From: a virus
IMG/VR virus record: IMGVR_UViG_3300037346_000668
Span: 18,936 to 82,935 of that record
Reading direction: 5' to 3' (one strand)
DNA: 64,000 nt
The notes beneath the pieces are model-generated. The model was not told the DNA's origin, ran no database searches, and was given only the letters and a program-made list of their open reading frames with translations. Both the position numbers and the translations under genes were made by a program. Of the stretch, positions 17,821-27,415 are shown one piece after another (the first letter of the stretch is position 1; every line of letters begins with the position of its first letter).

Positions 17821-18368
17821 TACTTTGCTTCCAGAACTATATCGATATAGTTACATTTGAATCCAAGTGTAAATGGTGTAAATTGATTTGTATTTGAAGC
17901 ATAACTAAGCTGTAATTCGGAATATGACGTCAATATTGTTCCCTGAAATGTAACAGACATCACTATATTTCCCTCATTATCCATGATTCTCAATGGGAGA
18001 TCTTGTAGATGTAGCTGCGGATTTTCGAAATTCAAAAAATGAAGTATTGTATCTAACATTATAAAATAGTTTATAAATCCATCAGCATTCTTGAAGCCAA
18101 CAGTAAAATCTTGTGAAAATAGATCCTGAACAGGCGTTGAACTTTTATATGATATTTTCTTCCCAAGATTTCTAACTTGCTCAACCGAATCTATATTCAT
18201 CCCAGGAAATCCGATAGTTTGAATGGTACTGTTCATATAATCATTTATATTATCAAACGGTATGGGCTGTTTTTTAATATATGGCAGGTATTTATCAACG
18301 ACAACAGGTGGGAAGAATCCCCTAGGAAAAACAAAATAAAAACTATTACCTTTCGGATTTAATAACAT
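17820..18368 (-). CDS. gp3: T4 gp3-like tail tube terminator (tube-fold protein)
   Basis: LRIMDNEGNIVMSVTF....TSYSELQLSY parallels T4 gp3 LHILDNSKTEIVMSINF....SDLSEVEFSY as recalled. Confidence 0.65.
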   Translation of the reverse strand: MLLNPKGNSFYFVFPRGFFPPVVVDKYLPYIKKQPIPFDNINDYMNSTIQTIGFPGMNIDSVEQVRNLGKKISYKSSTPVQDLFSQDFTVGFKNADGFINYFIMLDTILHFLNFENPQLHLQDLPLRIMDNEGNIVMSVTFQGTILTSYSELQLSYASNTNQFTPFTLGFKCNYIDIVLEAK

Positions 18369-18389
18369 CTTCTAATCAATTTTTTTAAA

Positions 18390-20714
18390 TTAAATACCAA
18401 AAATACCTCTTCCACCCAACTTTCTTAGTGTTGCTGGTGCTAATATACCTTTACCTGCTTTAATAACATCAGCCTTGGTTATTTTAGGATATTTGATTCT
18501 TCCTGGTTTTCCAGGATTAAGGAAATAGTTAGTTATCGTTTGATCTGCCCAACCGATAGCTTTATATCCCCGCATTTCAGCACTAAGAGATGCTATCATA
18601 GCACTTCCCATTAGTGTTTGATTTGTTGATACAGATGCTGGAGCTCCTATTCCTTTAATTCCTGAACCTGAGGTAGCAGGAAGTATAGATCTTATTGAAG
18701 GAATAGGCGCATTTAGGGTTTCTAGAATGTCTACACTAGCTCCGGTAGCTCCAGTCGTAGATAAATTAGTAGATCCAGTAGCTCCTGTAGCAAAATCTTC
18801 TTCACCATTCTTTTTCCAATATCCCCAATACATAACGGAGTTTGAATTATTGACAGGTGTTAATATATTATTATGAGCAGCAGTATTAACATAATTGTTT
18901 GCCCCTTTTATATTATTATTTGAATCTCTCCTGTCAGAAATAACATTTTCTATTGTTTTTTCTAAAACATTATTAGTAACACCACTATTAACAGTTACAG
19001 TGCTTTTATCCGTTGCTGAAAGAGATGTTTGGTTTATAGATACACCATTAGTTATAAAGAATCTTCTATCGCTTAGCTGTAGAATCCTACTGGCAGCAGA
19101 TTCATCAATCTTAAATGCAATCTCACCTAATGCTGGACTTGCTATATTATTATCCTTCAGAGATGGCATCTGTATTTTACTTCCACTAAGATATATAAAC
19201 GAGATATTAAATTCACCAGAACTAGTAAGATCTATTGGTACAGGATCTCCAGAGGGTCCGCTTTTTATAAATTTGAATTTTATATAGGTGTCAAATGGGG
19301 ATATAGCTATCGTCAATTTACCAGTGCCAACAGCGGTACTAGTAGAAGCACCTGTATCAACTCTTAGTGAATTATTAGTAAAAGTGAGACTATCCATACT
19401 CGCTGTAACATAGTTCTGATTTATAAAAACGTTAGTATATTTCAATATTTCCCTAGGAGCAGGTGAATTACTTCCCATGTTTATTGATGGCTGTGAGTAT
19501 ATTCTATTGTATATTTTCTGTACCTGTGGGAATGTGCTCAGCTGTATGGGCTTTATTTTTAATCCCCATTCGGAGGGATTACTAGATGAATATGATGATA
19601 TTCTTATAGTTCTACTCTGATCTGCACTGTTAATTAATGTCATAGTATATCTCAAGGTAAAACTTACAGCAACACCGGCATTTCTAACTATTGGTCTATA
19701 ATAATTTGGTGAATCGTATGCAGTTGTTTGAATTGAATCAAAATATGAAGTTCTTATAAGTGAAGCACCTATCTGTTCAAGTACTTCTATCTGATGACCT
19801 ATATAATAAGCATTACCAAGTGAATTTTGAAATAATATAAAATCCTCAATAAATCCCTCATTGTCAGTTGCATAAAATTCAAAGAATTCCCCTCTATCTG
19901 AGGGTCTTATCGTTGCACCTATGTTTGAAAATTGATCCTCCTGTTCAAGAGACAATGTTGCTATCTTTGATGAATCATATTTAGCATAACCTGCATAATC
20001 AACAGTACTCTGAATCTGCCATGCTGATATTCTGATTGGTGCATTATAAACAAAACCAAATCCACTATGACTTATTAAGCCAGCTAGAGTCTGCGGTTTA
20101 AATCCAGGTGATGATGCCTGATATTTATTGTTCATATCCCTAAGATTAGGGATCTTTATTTCTATGTACTTATCATAGATATTTGAACCTATAGTAACAG
20201 GGTTTGGGTTTAGATTATAATCATCATTAGTTCCCTTTTTTATTAATATTTGGGAAACCGTGACCAGAGTTGTATCAACATCTTCATAATCAACGGACAT
20301 TATTAATCCATCAGTATTACCAAGATTATAACCTGCTCTTATGTGATATCTAATAGAATCATAGATAACGAGAAGATTTGAAGGAAAGACCGTAGGTAAA
20401 TTGATACTGTTTGTTAGCTCATCAGAATAGTCATTGAAGGGTATAATAAGATTTGAATCAAGCGTAACAAATGAATTTTCGCCGATCTTAACAACACTAT
20501 TTTGTGTCGTGTTATGAGTTATTTGATAATCATTATTAGGATTGAATATCTGAACCGCACCTGATCTGAACCCATTTATAAGTTTATCGTAACCAACAGT
20601 CGATGGACCACTATTTACGAAATGTGTTTCCGGTTGAGGTTGGTCCGCATACATATACTCCATAAGTAAATATGGTGTTATCTGAACGAACTTAGAAGAT
20701 GTGCTAAATGCCAT
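18390..20714 (-). CDS. Putative virion structural protein (start revised to MAFSTSSK)
   Basis: Large beta-rich ORF in the tail region; GATG repeats in a linker. Confidence 0.6.
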   Translation of the reverse strand: MAFSTSSKFVQITPYLLMEYMYADQPQPETHFVNSGPSTVGYDKLINGFRSGAVQIFNPNNDYQITHNTTQNSVVKIGENSFVTLDSNLIIPFNDYSDELTNSINLPTVFPSNLLVIYDSIRYHIRAGYNLGNTDGLIMSVDYEDVDTTLVTVSQILIKKGTNDDYNLNPNPVTIGSNIYDKYIEIKIPNLRDMNNKYQASSPGFKPQTLAGLISHSGFGFVYNAPIRISAWQIQSTVDYAGYAKYDSSKIATLSLEQEDQFSNIGATIRPSDRGEFFEFYATDNEGFIEDFILFQNSLGNAYYIGHQIEVLEQIGASLIRTSYFDSIQTTAYDSPNYYRPIVRNAGVAVSFTLRYTMTLINSADQSRTIRISSYSSSNPSEWGLKIKPIQLSTFPQVQKIYNRIYSQPSINMGSNSPAPREILKYTNVFINQNYVTASMDSLTFTNNSLRVDTGASTSTAVGTGKLTIAISPFDTYIKFKFIKSGPSGDPVPIDLTSSGEFNISFIYLSGSKIQMPSLKDNNIASPALGEIAFKIDESAASRILQLSDRRFFITNGVSINQTSLSATDKSTVTVNSGVTNNVLEKTIENVISDRRDSNNNIKGANNYVNTAAHNNILTPVNNSNSVMYWGYWKKNGEEDFATGATGSTNLSTTGATGASVDILETLNAPIPSIRSILPATSGSGIKGIGAPASVSTNQTLMGSAMIASLSAEMRGYKAIGWADQTITNYFLNPGKPGRIKYPKITKADVIKAGKGILAPATLRKLGGRGIFGI

Positions 20715-20722
20715 TTTATTTT

Positions 20723-21571
20723 TTATTTTCCAAATTGAAGCCACTTAGGGGAGTAGCTTATCCCAAATCCTACATAATATCCAGGGTATATACCAGTGGT
20801 ATTTCCATGAAGACCATATCCAACCTGAAGTCCAAGGCCAAAAGGTTTTCTTGCTGCTTTTAAAGCTGCTCTTGTATCAGGATCGTCAGTAATATCGAAA
20901 GAATTAACGTCACTAAAAGTCATGTCTGGAAATGTCGTACTAACTCTAGTCATAAGCCTCTTAGACTTTGGCTCTCTATAAATACCAGTAACTATATCAA
21001 TTTTTTGATTAACCGACAATTCAGTTTCACCTGGAATGACTTTTCCTATATACTTTGTAGAATCCGAAGGATCCCTATTTATCTCCAATCTGTATCCCGT
21101 TTTACCTGCTATTTTAAGCTGATTGTTACCTACTAATTTTGGATTATAAGTAAAAGTTATATATTCATTCCCATTTGGGTCCTTAACTATAGTAGAAGGT
21201 ATGGATTTAAAATTTCCATCATATTGTCCTGTTGTCTGTATAACTATATTAGGCGTCGTACCTCTTCCATTAGACTTCAACCCAAGTTGATGTATAAGTT
21301 CTTTCTGATCGTCGCTTAATTCAGCTACAGTGAGCTCGTACGCGGACTTCTCAACTATAGCGTGATTAAGATCTCTCTTTATAGTTCTAACAGAATCCTG
21401 CGAAGCAAGATAATTATTATGCTGTCTTTTAGCTTCTGCTTTAGCGGCATCAGCAGCTCCGCATTGTTTCAGCAAAGACATTACAACAATTGCAAGTGTA
21501 GCAATAAGAAATATTCTGCTACCCATCACGTCGGTAATTTTTTTAAAATTTCCTCTAGTAAAATAATTCAT
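20723..21571 (-). CDS. Membrane-anchored coiled-coil protein, spanin-like
   Basis: N-terminal hydrophobic segment (IFLIATLAIVVMSLL), coiled coil, and C-terminal amphipathic beta-hairpin FGLGLQVGYG...YVGFGISY..W..F. Confidence 0.5.
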   Translation of the reverse strand: MNYFTRGNFKKITDVMGSRIFLIATLAIVVMSLLKQCGAADAAKAEAKRQHNNYLASQDSVRTIKRDLNHAIVEKSAYELTVAELSDDQKELIHQLGLKSNGRGTTPNIVIQTTGQYDGNFKSIPSTIVKDPNGNEYITFTYNPKLVGNNQLKIAGKTGYRLEINRDPSDSTKYIGKVIPGETELSVNQKIDIVTGIYREPKSKRLMTRVSTTFPDMTFSDVNSFDITDDPDTRAALKAARKPFGLGLQVGYGLHGNTTGIYPGYYVGFGISYSPKWLQFGK

Positions 21572-21577
21572 CTTGAT

Positions 21578-21820
21578 TTATTCTTTTTTCCATGTTAGAG
21601 TAAGTGGATCTAATGATCCATTCCCATATTTTTTGGTTAAATCCTTTATAAAAGATTTCTCAGATTCTCTGCATTTTTCAAGATCAGATATTAATTTGAA
21701 TGATCGATCATCCATAATCTTAATAGATTCCTCTATTTTAAAAATTTCCTGGTGGACTTTTATGAATTTTTTGGATAATCTTAATAATCTTTCCTTTTCT
21801 TGGTCTGTTAGATCTTTCAT
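21578..21820 (-). CDS. Small coiled-coil hypothetical protein
   Basis: 80 aa ending KKYGNGSLDP; preceded by GATATATA. Confidence 0.6.
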   Translation of the reverse strand: MKDLTDQEKERLLRLSKKFIKVHQEIFKIEESIKIMDDRSFKLISDLEKCRESEKSFIKDLTKKYGNGSLDPLTLTWKKE

Positions 21821-21835
21821 AATTTATTGTTTTAT

Positions 21836-21843
21836 TATATATC
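21836..21843 (-). promoter_or_regulatory. GATATATA putative late promoter
   Basis: 15 nt upstream of ATG 21820. Confidence 0.6.
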
Positions 21844-21864
21844 AATTTTTTTATTAATCTATAT

Positions 21865-24800
21865 TTATGGTTCAGCAATGTATAGTATTTTATTATGGAC
21901 TAATATACCATTAGCATAATAGGTATGGTTACCTTCTATTTCTAAATTATATACTTTAATTGGTTTATCATAACTTATTTCAGTAATTCCTTCAATAACT
22001 ACTTGTTTATCAAATTCGTTTAATGCTATGTCACCTTCAATCAATTGAGATACTTCTAAATCATGTAATTGTAGTGAAGTACTTGGATCGAATGAGCTCC
22101 AACCTTTATCAATTATCCAAAATGGATGTTCTGGCGTACATTGTATAGAAGTTCCATCCGCAAAATCTAATAATATAAGATTAACAGCAAATGGTTGTAT
22201 TAAAGCTTTTACTATGCCAATTTCATTTTCTTCGTATTCTTCATTATAAGTTAAAATTTCATTTTTAACTTTAACTTCTTCAATTAACATCTTAATTCCA
22301 TCCGGCAATGTAATGTACGTTCCTTCTACAAAACATCCACCACCATTACTACCGGATGATATAGACTTAGATTGGGCCACGCATGATATATCATAGCTAA
22401 ATCCGCTTTCTATCGTAATAGGATTTGAAAAATTATTAATTGTACCGCTCTCTGTTGTATTACCCGAAAATAAAACGGCAGTAATGCCGGTAGCCAATGA
22501 TGTTCTAGTTATTAGAAGAGATGCATAAATACCCATGTATGTTGAACTACTACCGGAAGAAACCGATGCATATATTTGATCGCCGACAGAATACGAAAGA
22601 GTACCATTACCTGAGATTTCTCTAAGAAGTACCCTATTAATAGTGGAAGTACCATTCTTGAATATATTACAGGATCCAGTTTGATTTCTATTAAATTCCC
22701 ACGTAACAGTAGCACTTTGGCTTGTATTTGTTACTGGCGGTCCAGCTACTGAATAAACTCCGTTACTGCCAAAATCAACATATCCGCTAATACCCTGACA
22801 ATTTTTATAAAAAAGACGGGGAACAATATTAGCTGTGCTTGTTTTCGAAACCCACATAAGATCCACATATTGGCATCCGGTAACACCAGTAGAGAAATTA
22901 ACATACGATGTTACTGCTGTTGGTAATCCGGTATCAAATACCAATCCACTTATATAGCGAAGTTTAGGATCATTACCAGGATCATTTAGGAAAACTCTAT
23001 AATTTGTTGTTGTACCGTCAGTATACACCGGGATATAATCACTGGATAGCGAGGATGGAACCTTAAGGTATACTCCGCCAATAGCACCAGATCCCGAAAA
23101 TATAGTATTTAGAAATCCACCAACATAGGTAAATTTATTATTTACACTATCTAGTAACATTTTTTTGACCAGCCCTATAGGATAGGTATAGCCTGAATTT
23201 ATAGTTCCGGGGCTTACCGGATTATGATATATCGATGCTGTAGTATCAATCATGCCAGTATTAAACAATCTTACATATCCAGGTGTTGTGCTTCCATTAT
23301 AGGTACTAAATCTACCGCCAACATAAACATAATCGTTTGTAAAATCAGTAGTAAAAATAAGATCATTCACAATATCATTAAATCCGGTACCTGTTGAAAA
23401 TGTAGTATCGAGATAAAAGTTAGATGCATTCTCATAATATCTCGCTATTCTGTTTCTTGGTGTTGAATTTATGGAGGTGAATGTTCCGCCTATATATACA
23501 TAATAATCGATAGGGTTATATTTTACAACCGAAATTGCGGCATCGCTACTTATAAATGGTGAGAATGTCATGCTACTAAATCCAGTACTAATATATTTGT
23601 TTGCAGTTGTTGCATTTATTTGTATTAGATTTATTGTCGGAAATGATGTTCCTGTTGAATTATTATAGGTTGAAAAAGTTCCACCTATAATTATATTTCC
23701 TGATGGCATTATATCCAAACAGTATGGTATATTTGATCCTCCAATAAATCCCTGTCCGGAAAGCGAGCAAAATGGGGATATAAGCTGTCCCCTAGTTGCA
23801 CCTACACCAGTTATTTTTACTAATTTATTTCGTGATGTGGTGTTATATGATGAGAAATTACCAACAGCTATTATATTGTTACTTCCATCGAGTATTGCTT
23901 TATTAATAATAGCACCAGAATTGAATCCACCGTTTAAATTACTATTAAATGTCGAATCAATTTCACCATCAAGATTCATTGATATGATTGACCACTTATT
24001 ACTACTGTGCAAAAATGATCCATATACAAATATTTTACTTGTTGAATATGTGCCAGTATTATATAATAATATACCATTAACGCTTAATACTGTATTTATG
24101 CTTATAGCGGAAATATTAGTTCTAAAAGTTGTGTTCAGTGACCCATTAGAATTAATTTTACATATACCTAATACTGTAGTAAGAGAACCGGTTTTAATTG
24201 GTTGTTCGTTATAATATTTGAAGTTACCAACACATATGATGCTACCGTCGGATAGTCTCACTGCATCATTAACTATAGCATTATATTGATTCAATCCAGT
24301 TAAATCCACCTTAAAACCACTACCAAATATATTGAGTGGTGCAGAGTAATTAAAATTCATATCAGTCTCGCCAATCTTATAACTGTTTATAGAATCGCTT
24401 GTTGCACTACCATATGCAGTAGGTGTAGCAATTATATTATCATTTTCCCATGTTGTATTTGATGATAGATCAAACACATCAACAAGATTACTGGTTGTTG
24501 TGGTTAGATATGCTCTAGCACTCAAACTTGTTGTCGATTGTCTTATTTCTTTAACTTTTTTAACATGGTACGAAAAAGGTCCACCGGTTCCACCTGTATA
24601 ACCTCCTGTTGATCCGATAATAGTTTGTGCAAAATTACCACTAGAAACAGATCCACTTGGTTTAGCAGATAGTATAGGATTTCCAGTATAATCATTGAAT
24701 GTAAATGCAGTAGAATTCCCTGATATCACATCAGCAGAAATACCATTTTGATATGAAGGTGATGATGGATTAGAACCCAATATATAGGTCGAACTTAAAG

Positions 24801-25692
24801 GTGATGTTATAGTTACACCGCCAAGATGACTAACAGATCCATTGGTTATTGCAAAATTAGTGGTTAATATATTTAAAAATCCACCAACACCAACAGTAAT
24901 ATTACTGGAGAAACCAAAATCTCCATCACCATGAACAGTAAACCCACCAAGATTGCTCCTCATTGTACAATATTCAGAGGTTATAAGGGTTCTAGCTAAA
25001 TCGCTATCTATTAGGAAATCAAGATTTGTTGTAATATAGAAAGATCCACCACTATCAAACTTTAAATCTGGATTACTGCCAACTGAATTCCAATAAAAAG
25101 AAGGGACGTCGGCTGATATTGCACCATTTTTAGAAAATGCCATTATGGGCCTATCAATCTGATCCAATGTTGACACTAAAACCTTCGAGTTATTTACATT
25201 TACCGTCGATGATGGTAAATATGAATCGTTTATAACTAGTGATGTATCAGCAGATCCTGTTATACCTCCTGGATATTTAAACCCAATAACATATTTATCA
25301 ATGGCTCCACCTGGTCCAAGAATATTGGAATACGATTTGAAATATTGTGAATTTAAAAATGTATAACCACTATCATTCCACGTATTACTAGGAATTGGAT
25401 AATTAAAAACTTTTATATTCCCATCCGTTATTGAATTATCAATCCATACATCATTAGTGTTTGGTGATAATGGCTCTGTTGGCTGCTTATACCAATTCGA
25501 GGCTCTAATACCGGATTCACCGGTTACCCCTCTTTTTCCAGCAGGTCCATATATACCAGTCGCTCCAATAGCTCCCTGATGTCCATCCTGTCCAACAGCA
25601 AAAGATAATATCTGATCAAAATTATAATTAATTTTTTCTGCTATATCTTTTTTGGTGTCTCCCTTAAATATGTATTTAGTATTGAAATGCAT
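21865..25692 (-). CDS. Tail fibre-like protein: collagen-like stretch, delta-60-type propeller repeats, C-terminal Hint domain
   Basis: G-X-Y run GQDGHQGAIGATGIYGPAGKRGVTGESG; repeats such as DGSIICVGNF..YN / GG.F..YN / G.LDTTF; CFVEGT...VYNLEIEGNHTYYANGILVHN. Confidence 0.78.
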   Translation of the reverse strand: MHFNTKYIFKGDTKKDIAEKINYNFDQILSFAVGQDGHQGAIGATGIYGPAGKRGVTGESGIRASNWYKQPTEPLSPNTNDVWIDNSITDGNIKVFNYPIPSNTWNDSGYTFLNSQYFKSYSNILGPGGAIDKYVIGFKYPGGITGSADTSLVINDSYLPSSTVNVNNSKVLVSTLDQIDRPIMAFSKNGAISADVPSFYWNSVGSNPDLKFDSGGSFYITTNLDFLIDSDLARTLITSEYCTMRSNLGGFTVHGDGDFGFSSNITVGVGGFLNILTTNFAITNGSVSHLGGVTITSPLSSTYILGSNPSSPSYQNGISADVISGNSTAFTFNDYTGNPILSAKPSGSVSSGNFAQTIIGSTGGYTGGTGGPFSYHVKKVKEIRQSTTSLSARAYLTTTTSNLVDVFDLSSNTTWENDNIIATPTAYGSATSDSINSYKIGETDMNFNYSAPLNIFGSGFKVDLTGLNQYNAIVNDAVRLSDGSIICVGNFKYYNEQPIKTGSLTTVLGICKINSNGSLNTTFRTNISAISINTVLSVNGILLYNTGTYSTSKIFVYGSFLHSSNKWSIISMNLDGEIDSTFNSNLNGGFNSGAIINKAILDGSNNIIAVGNFSSYNTTSRNKLVKITGVGATRGQLISPFCSLSGQGFIGGSNIPYCLDIMPSGNIIIGGTFSTYNNSTGTSFPTINLIQINATTANKYISTGFSSMTFSPFISSDAAISVVKYNPIDYYVYIGGTFTSINSTPRNRIARYYENASNFYLDTTFSTGTGFNDIVNDLIFTTDFTNDYVYVGGRFSTYNGSTTPGYVRLFNTGMIDTTASIYHNPVSPGTINSGYTYPIGLVKKMLLDSVNNKFTYVGGFLNTIFSGSGAIGGVYLKVPSSLSSDYIPVYTDGTTTNYRVFLNDPGNDPKLRYISGLVFDTGLPTAVTSYVNFSTGVTGCQYVDLMWVSKTSTANIVPRLFYKNCQGISGYVDFGSNGVYSVAGPPVTNTSQSATVTWEFNRNQTGSCNIFKNGTSTINRVLLREISGNGTLSYSVGDQIYASVSSGSSSTYMGIYASLLITRTSLATGITAVLFSGNTTESGTINNFSNPITIESGFSYDISCVAQSKSISSGSNGGGCFVEGTYITLPDGIKMLIEEVKVKNEILTYNEEYEENEIGIVKALIQPFAVNLILLDFADGTSIQCTPEHPFWIIDKGWSSFDPSTSLQLHDLEVSQLIEGDIALNEFDKQVVIEGITEISYDKPIKVYNLEIEGNHTYYANGILVHNKILYIAEP
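21892..22335 (-). other. Hint (intein-like/BIL) autoprocessing domain, about 148 aa, no endonuclease
   Basis: Block A CFVEGT, block B CTPEHPF, block F/G VYNLEIE...ILVHN; the +1 residue is Lys. Confidence 0.88.
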
Positions 25693-25700
25693 GTTTTATA

Positions 25701-27383
25701 TTAATTTGCTATTGAATTATAAGTTGATATAACACCACATTGTGGTGTTATTAATGTTCCGCCCCAAGCTGAATAATAAACCCTGAACCATCTATTATTT
25801 TGTGAGGTTCCTCCTGATCCAGTCATATTTATTATAGTTATATCGATTGTTGATGCATATCCGTTTAATATAACATCAGATTGATAACCAGAAATAACAG
25901 GCGGGGTTTGTTCGTAATAGTCAGTATTTAAACCTATATATTTGAAACAGCTTCCTGTAGCACCAGGATTGTCGCTATGCACAGTAAAACTTATTGATTC
26001 GTAATTTTCCAGAAGATTTAGCCACCCACCGTTTTCACTATTAAGATATCCACCAGTTGCAGGTGTAAATATAGATATACCTCTATTCCCCGATGCTGCC
26101 AATGTGGATTTTCCTATAATGTGGTTTGATCCATTATTAACATAGTAGCAGCCATTAATAAACCCAGTTGTTGTTATTGATGGTATTACAGATACCCAAT
26201 TAACAACACCGAATGGCGTTGGACTACTTCCACTTTCAGTAAGACTTTGAGATTCCTGGACAGATCTTACTATCTTATCGCTATATGTTATACCATCTCC
26301 AGTTACAGTAAACAATTGGTAATAGGGGGAGCTTTGATAGAAATTCATCAGTACAGCATCGCTCACCCCAGGTGAATTATAAAGGTATCTAAGATTTCCT
26401 GAATTTGTATCGCTGGAAATTAATTTTAATGCATATTCTGTTTCTGTATTTAATGTCTCTATATTTAATGAAGAATTAAAATAAAACTTATCAATATTCC
26501 ATGATGCATTTTTGGTTGAAAATATAACTTTACCAGATCCGAGATTAAAAATTATATCACCACCAGAAACAAACTTTGCTATCTGTGAGGAATTTGAGAA
26601 GTAATTAAAACCCTCGCAATTTACTAGAAAATTGCCGACATTTGATTTTATACTAAAATATCCATCTGAACCAGTGCCTCTCAGATTTACATTCAGTACT
26701 GAATTTTTCCATAATAATCCATAATCACCTCTTTCCGCAGTTGGACCAGGATTCCAAAAAATTCTTGGAGTTCTGCCAGTAAAATTTAGATCGTTTGTAT
26801 GTTCATATTTACTAAATTCTAACAGATTTTTATCGGTTATGTTGCTGCCAGTCGCTATTACAAATTTTGAATACTGCGGATTAACCGCTACGTTTGGTAC
26901 AGTTGAGGAAGTCCCGCTTGAAAGTTGGGCATCACTTATAACTACAGTATAATTTAGAGGGGTCTGTGACGATATGAAATATCCGCTATATAAACTTGGT
27001 CCACTAAGAGTTGATAATGGGCTAAAGACATCAAACAAATCGGTTGATTTTATATTAAATCCATAATATCCCCATCCGCTCGTTGTTGAAAATTGATAAA
27101 CTAGATTTTCGGAATTTGTATCCAGCCAATAATCTCCATTAATAGACGATGCTAATGATGGCTGACAAACGCCAACTGTCCATTTAGTTCCTCTGTATCC
27201 AGCACCACCATATGATCCAATAGGACCAGTTAGTCCTTTCGGTCCAATGGGACCTTTAGATCCTCTTCTGCCATAAGGTCCACCATCAAAACTAATAACT
27301 CTTTCAAAGTTATAATTTACCTTGTCAGTTAGATTTTTTTGAGAGTCGCCGTCCTCTATTCTTAGTAATTTTATAAGAGCCAT
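25701..27383 (-). CDS. Tail fibre-like protein, paralog 2
   Basis: GDSQKNLTDKVNYNF, then collagen triplets and RGTKW...GDYWLD, shared with its neighbours. Confidence 0.7.
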   Translation of the reverse strand: MALIKLLRIEDGDSQKNLTDKVNYNFERVISFDGGPYGRRGSKGPIGPKGLTGPIGSYGGAGYRGTKWTVGVCQPSLASSINGDYWLDTNSENLVYQFSTTSGWGYYGFNIKSTDLFDVFSPLSTLSGPSLYSGYFISSQTPLNYTVVISDAQLSSGTSSTVPNVAVNPQYSKFVIATGSNITDKNLLEFSKYEHTNDLNFTGRTPRIFWNPGPTAERGDYGLLWKNSVLNVNLRGTGSDGYFSIKSNVGNFLVNCEGFNYFSNSSQIAKFVSGGDIIFNLGSGKVIFSTKNASWNIDKFYFNSSLNIETLNTETEYALKLISSDTNSGNLRYLYNSPGVSDAVLMNFYQSSPYYQLFTVTGDGITYSDKIVRSVQESQSLTESGSSPTPFGVVNWVSVIPSITTTGFINGCYYVNNGSNHIIGKSTLAASGNRGISIFTPATGGYLNSENGGWLNLLENYESISFTVHSDNPGATGSCFKYIGLNTDYYEQTPPVISGYQSDVILNGYASTIDITIINMTGSGGTSQNNRWFRVYYSAWGGTLITPQCGVISTYNSIAN

Positions 27384-27407
27384 TTATATAGTTTAATTAT
27401 CTTAGAC

Positions 27408-27415
27408 TATATATC
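27408..27415 (-). promoter_or_regulatory. GATATATA putative late promoter
   Basis: Overlaps the TGA stop of the upstream gene; 24 nt before ATG 27383. Confidence 0.6.
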
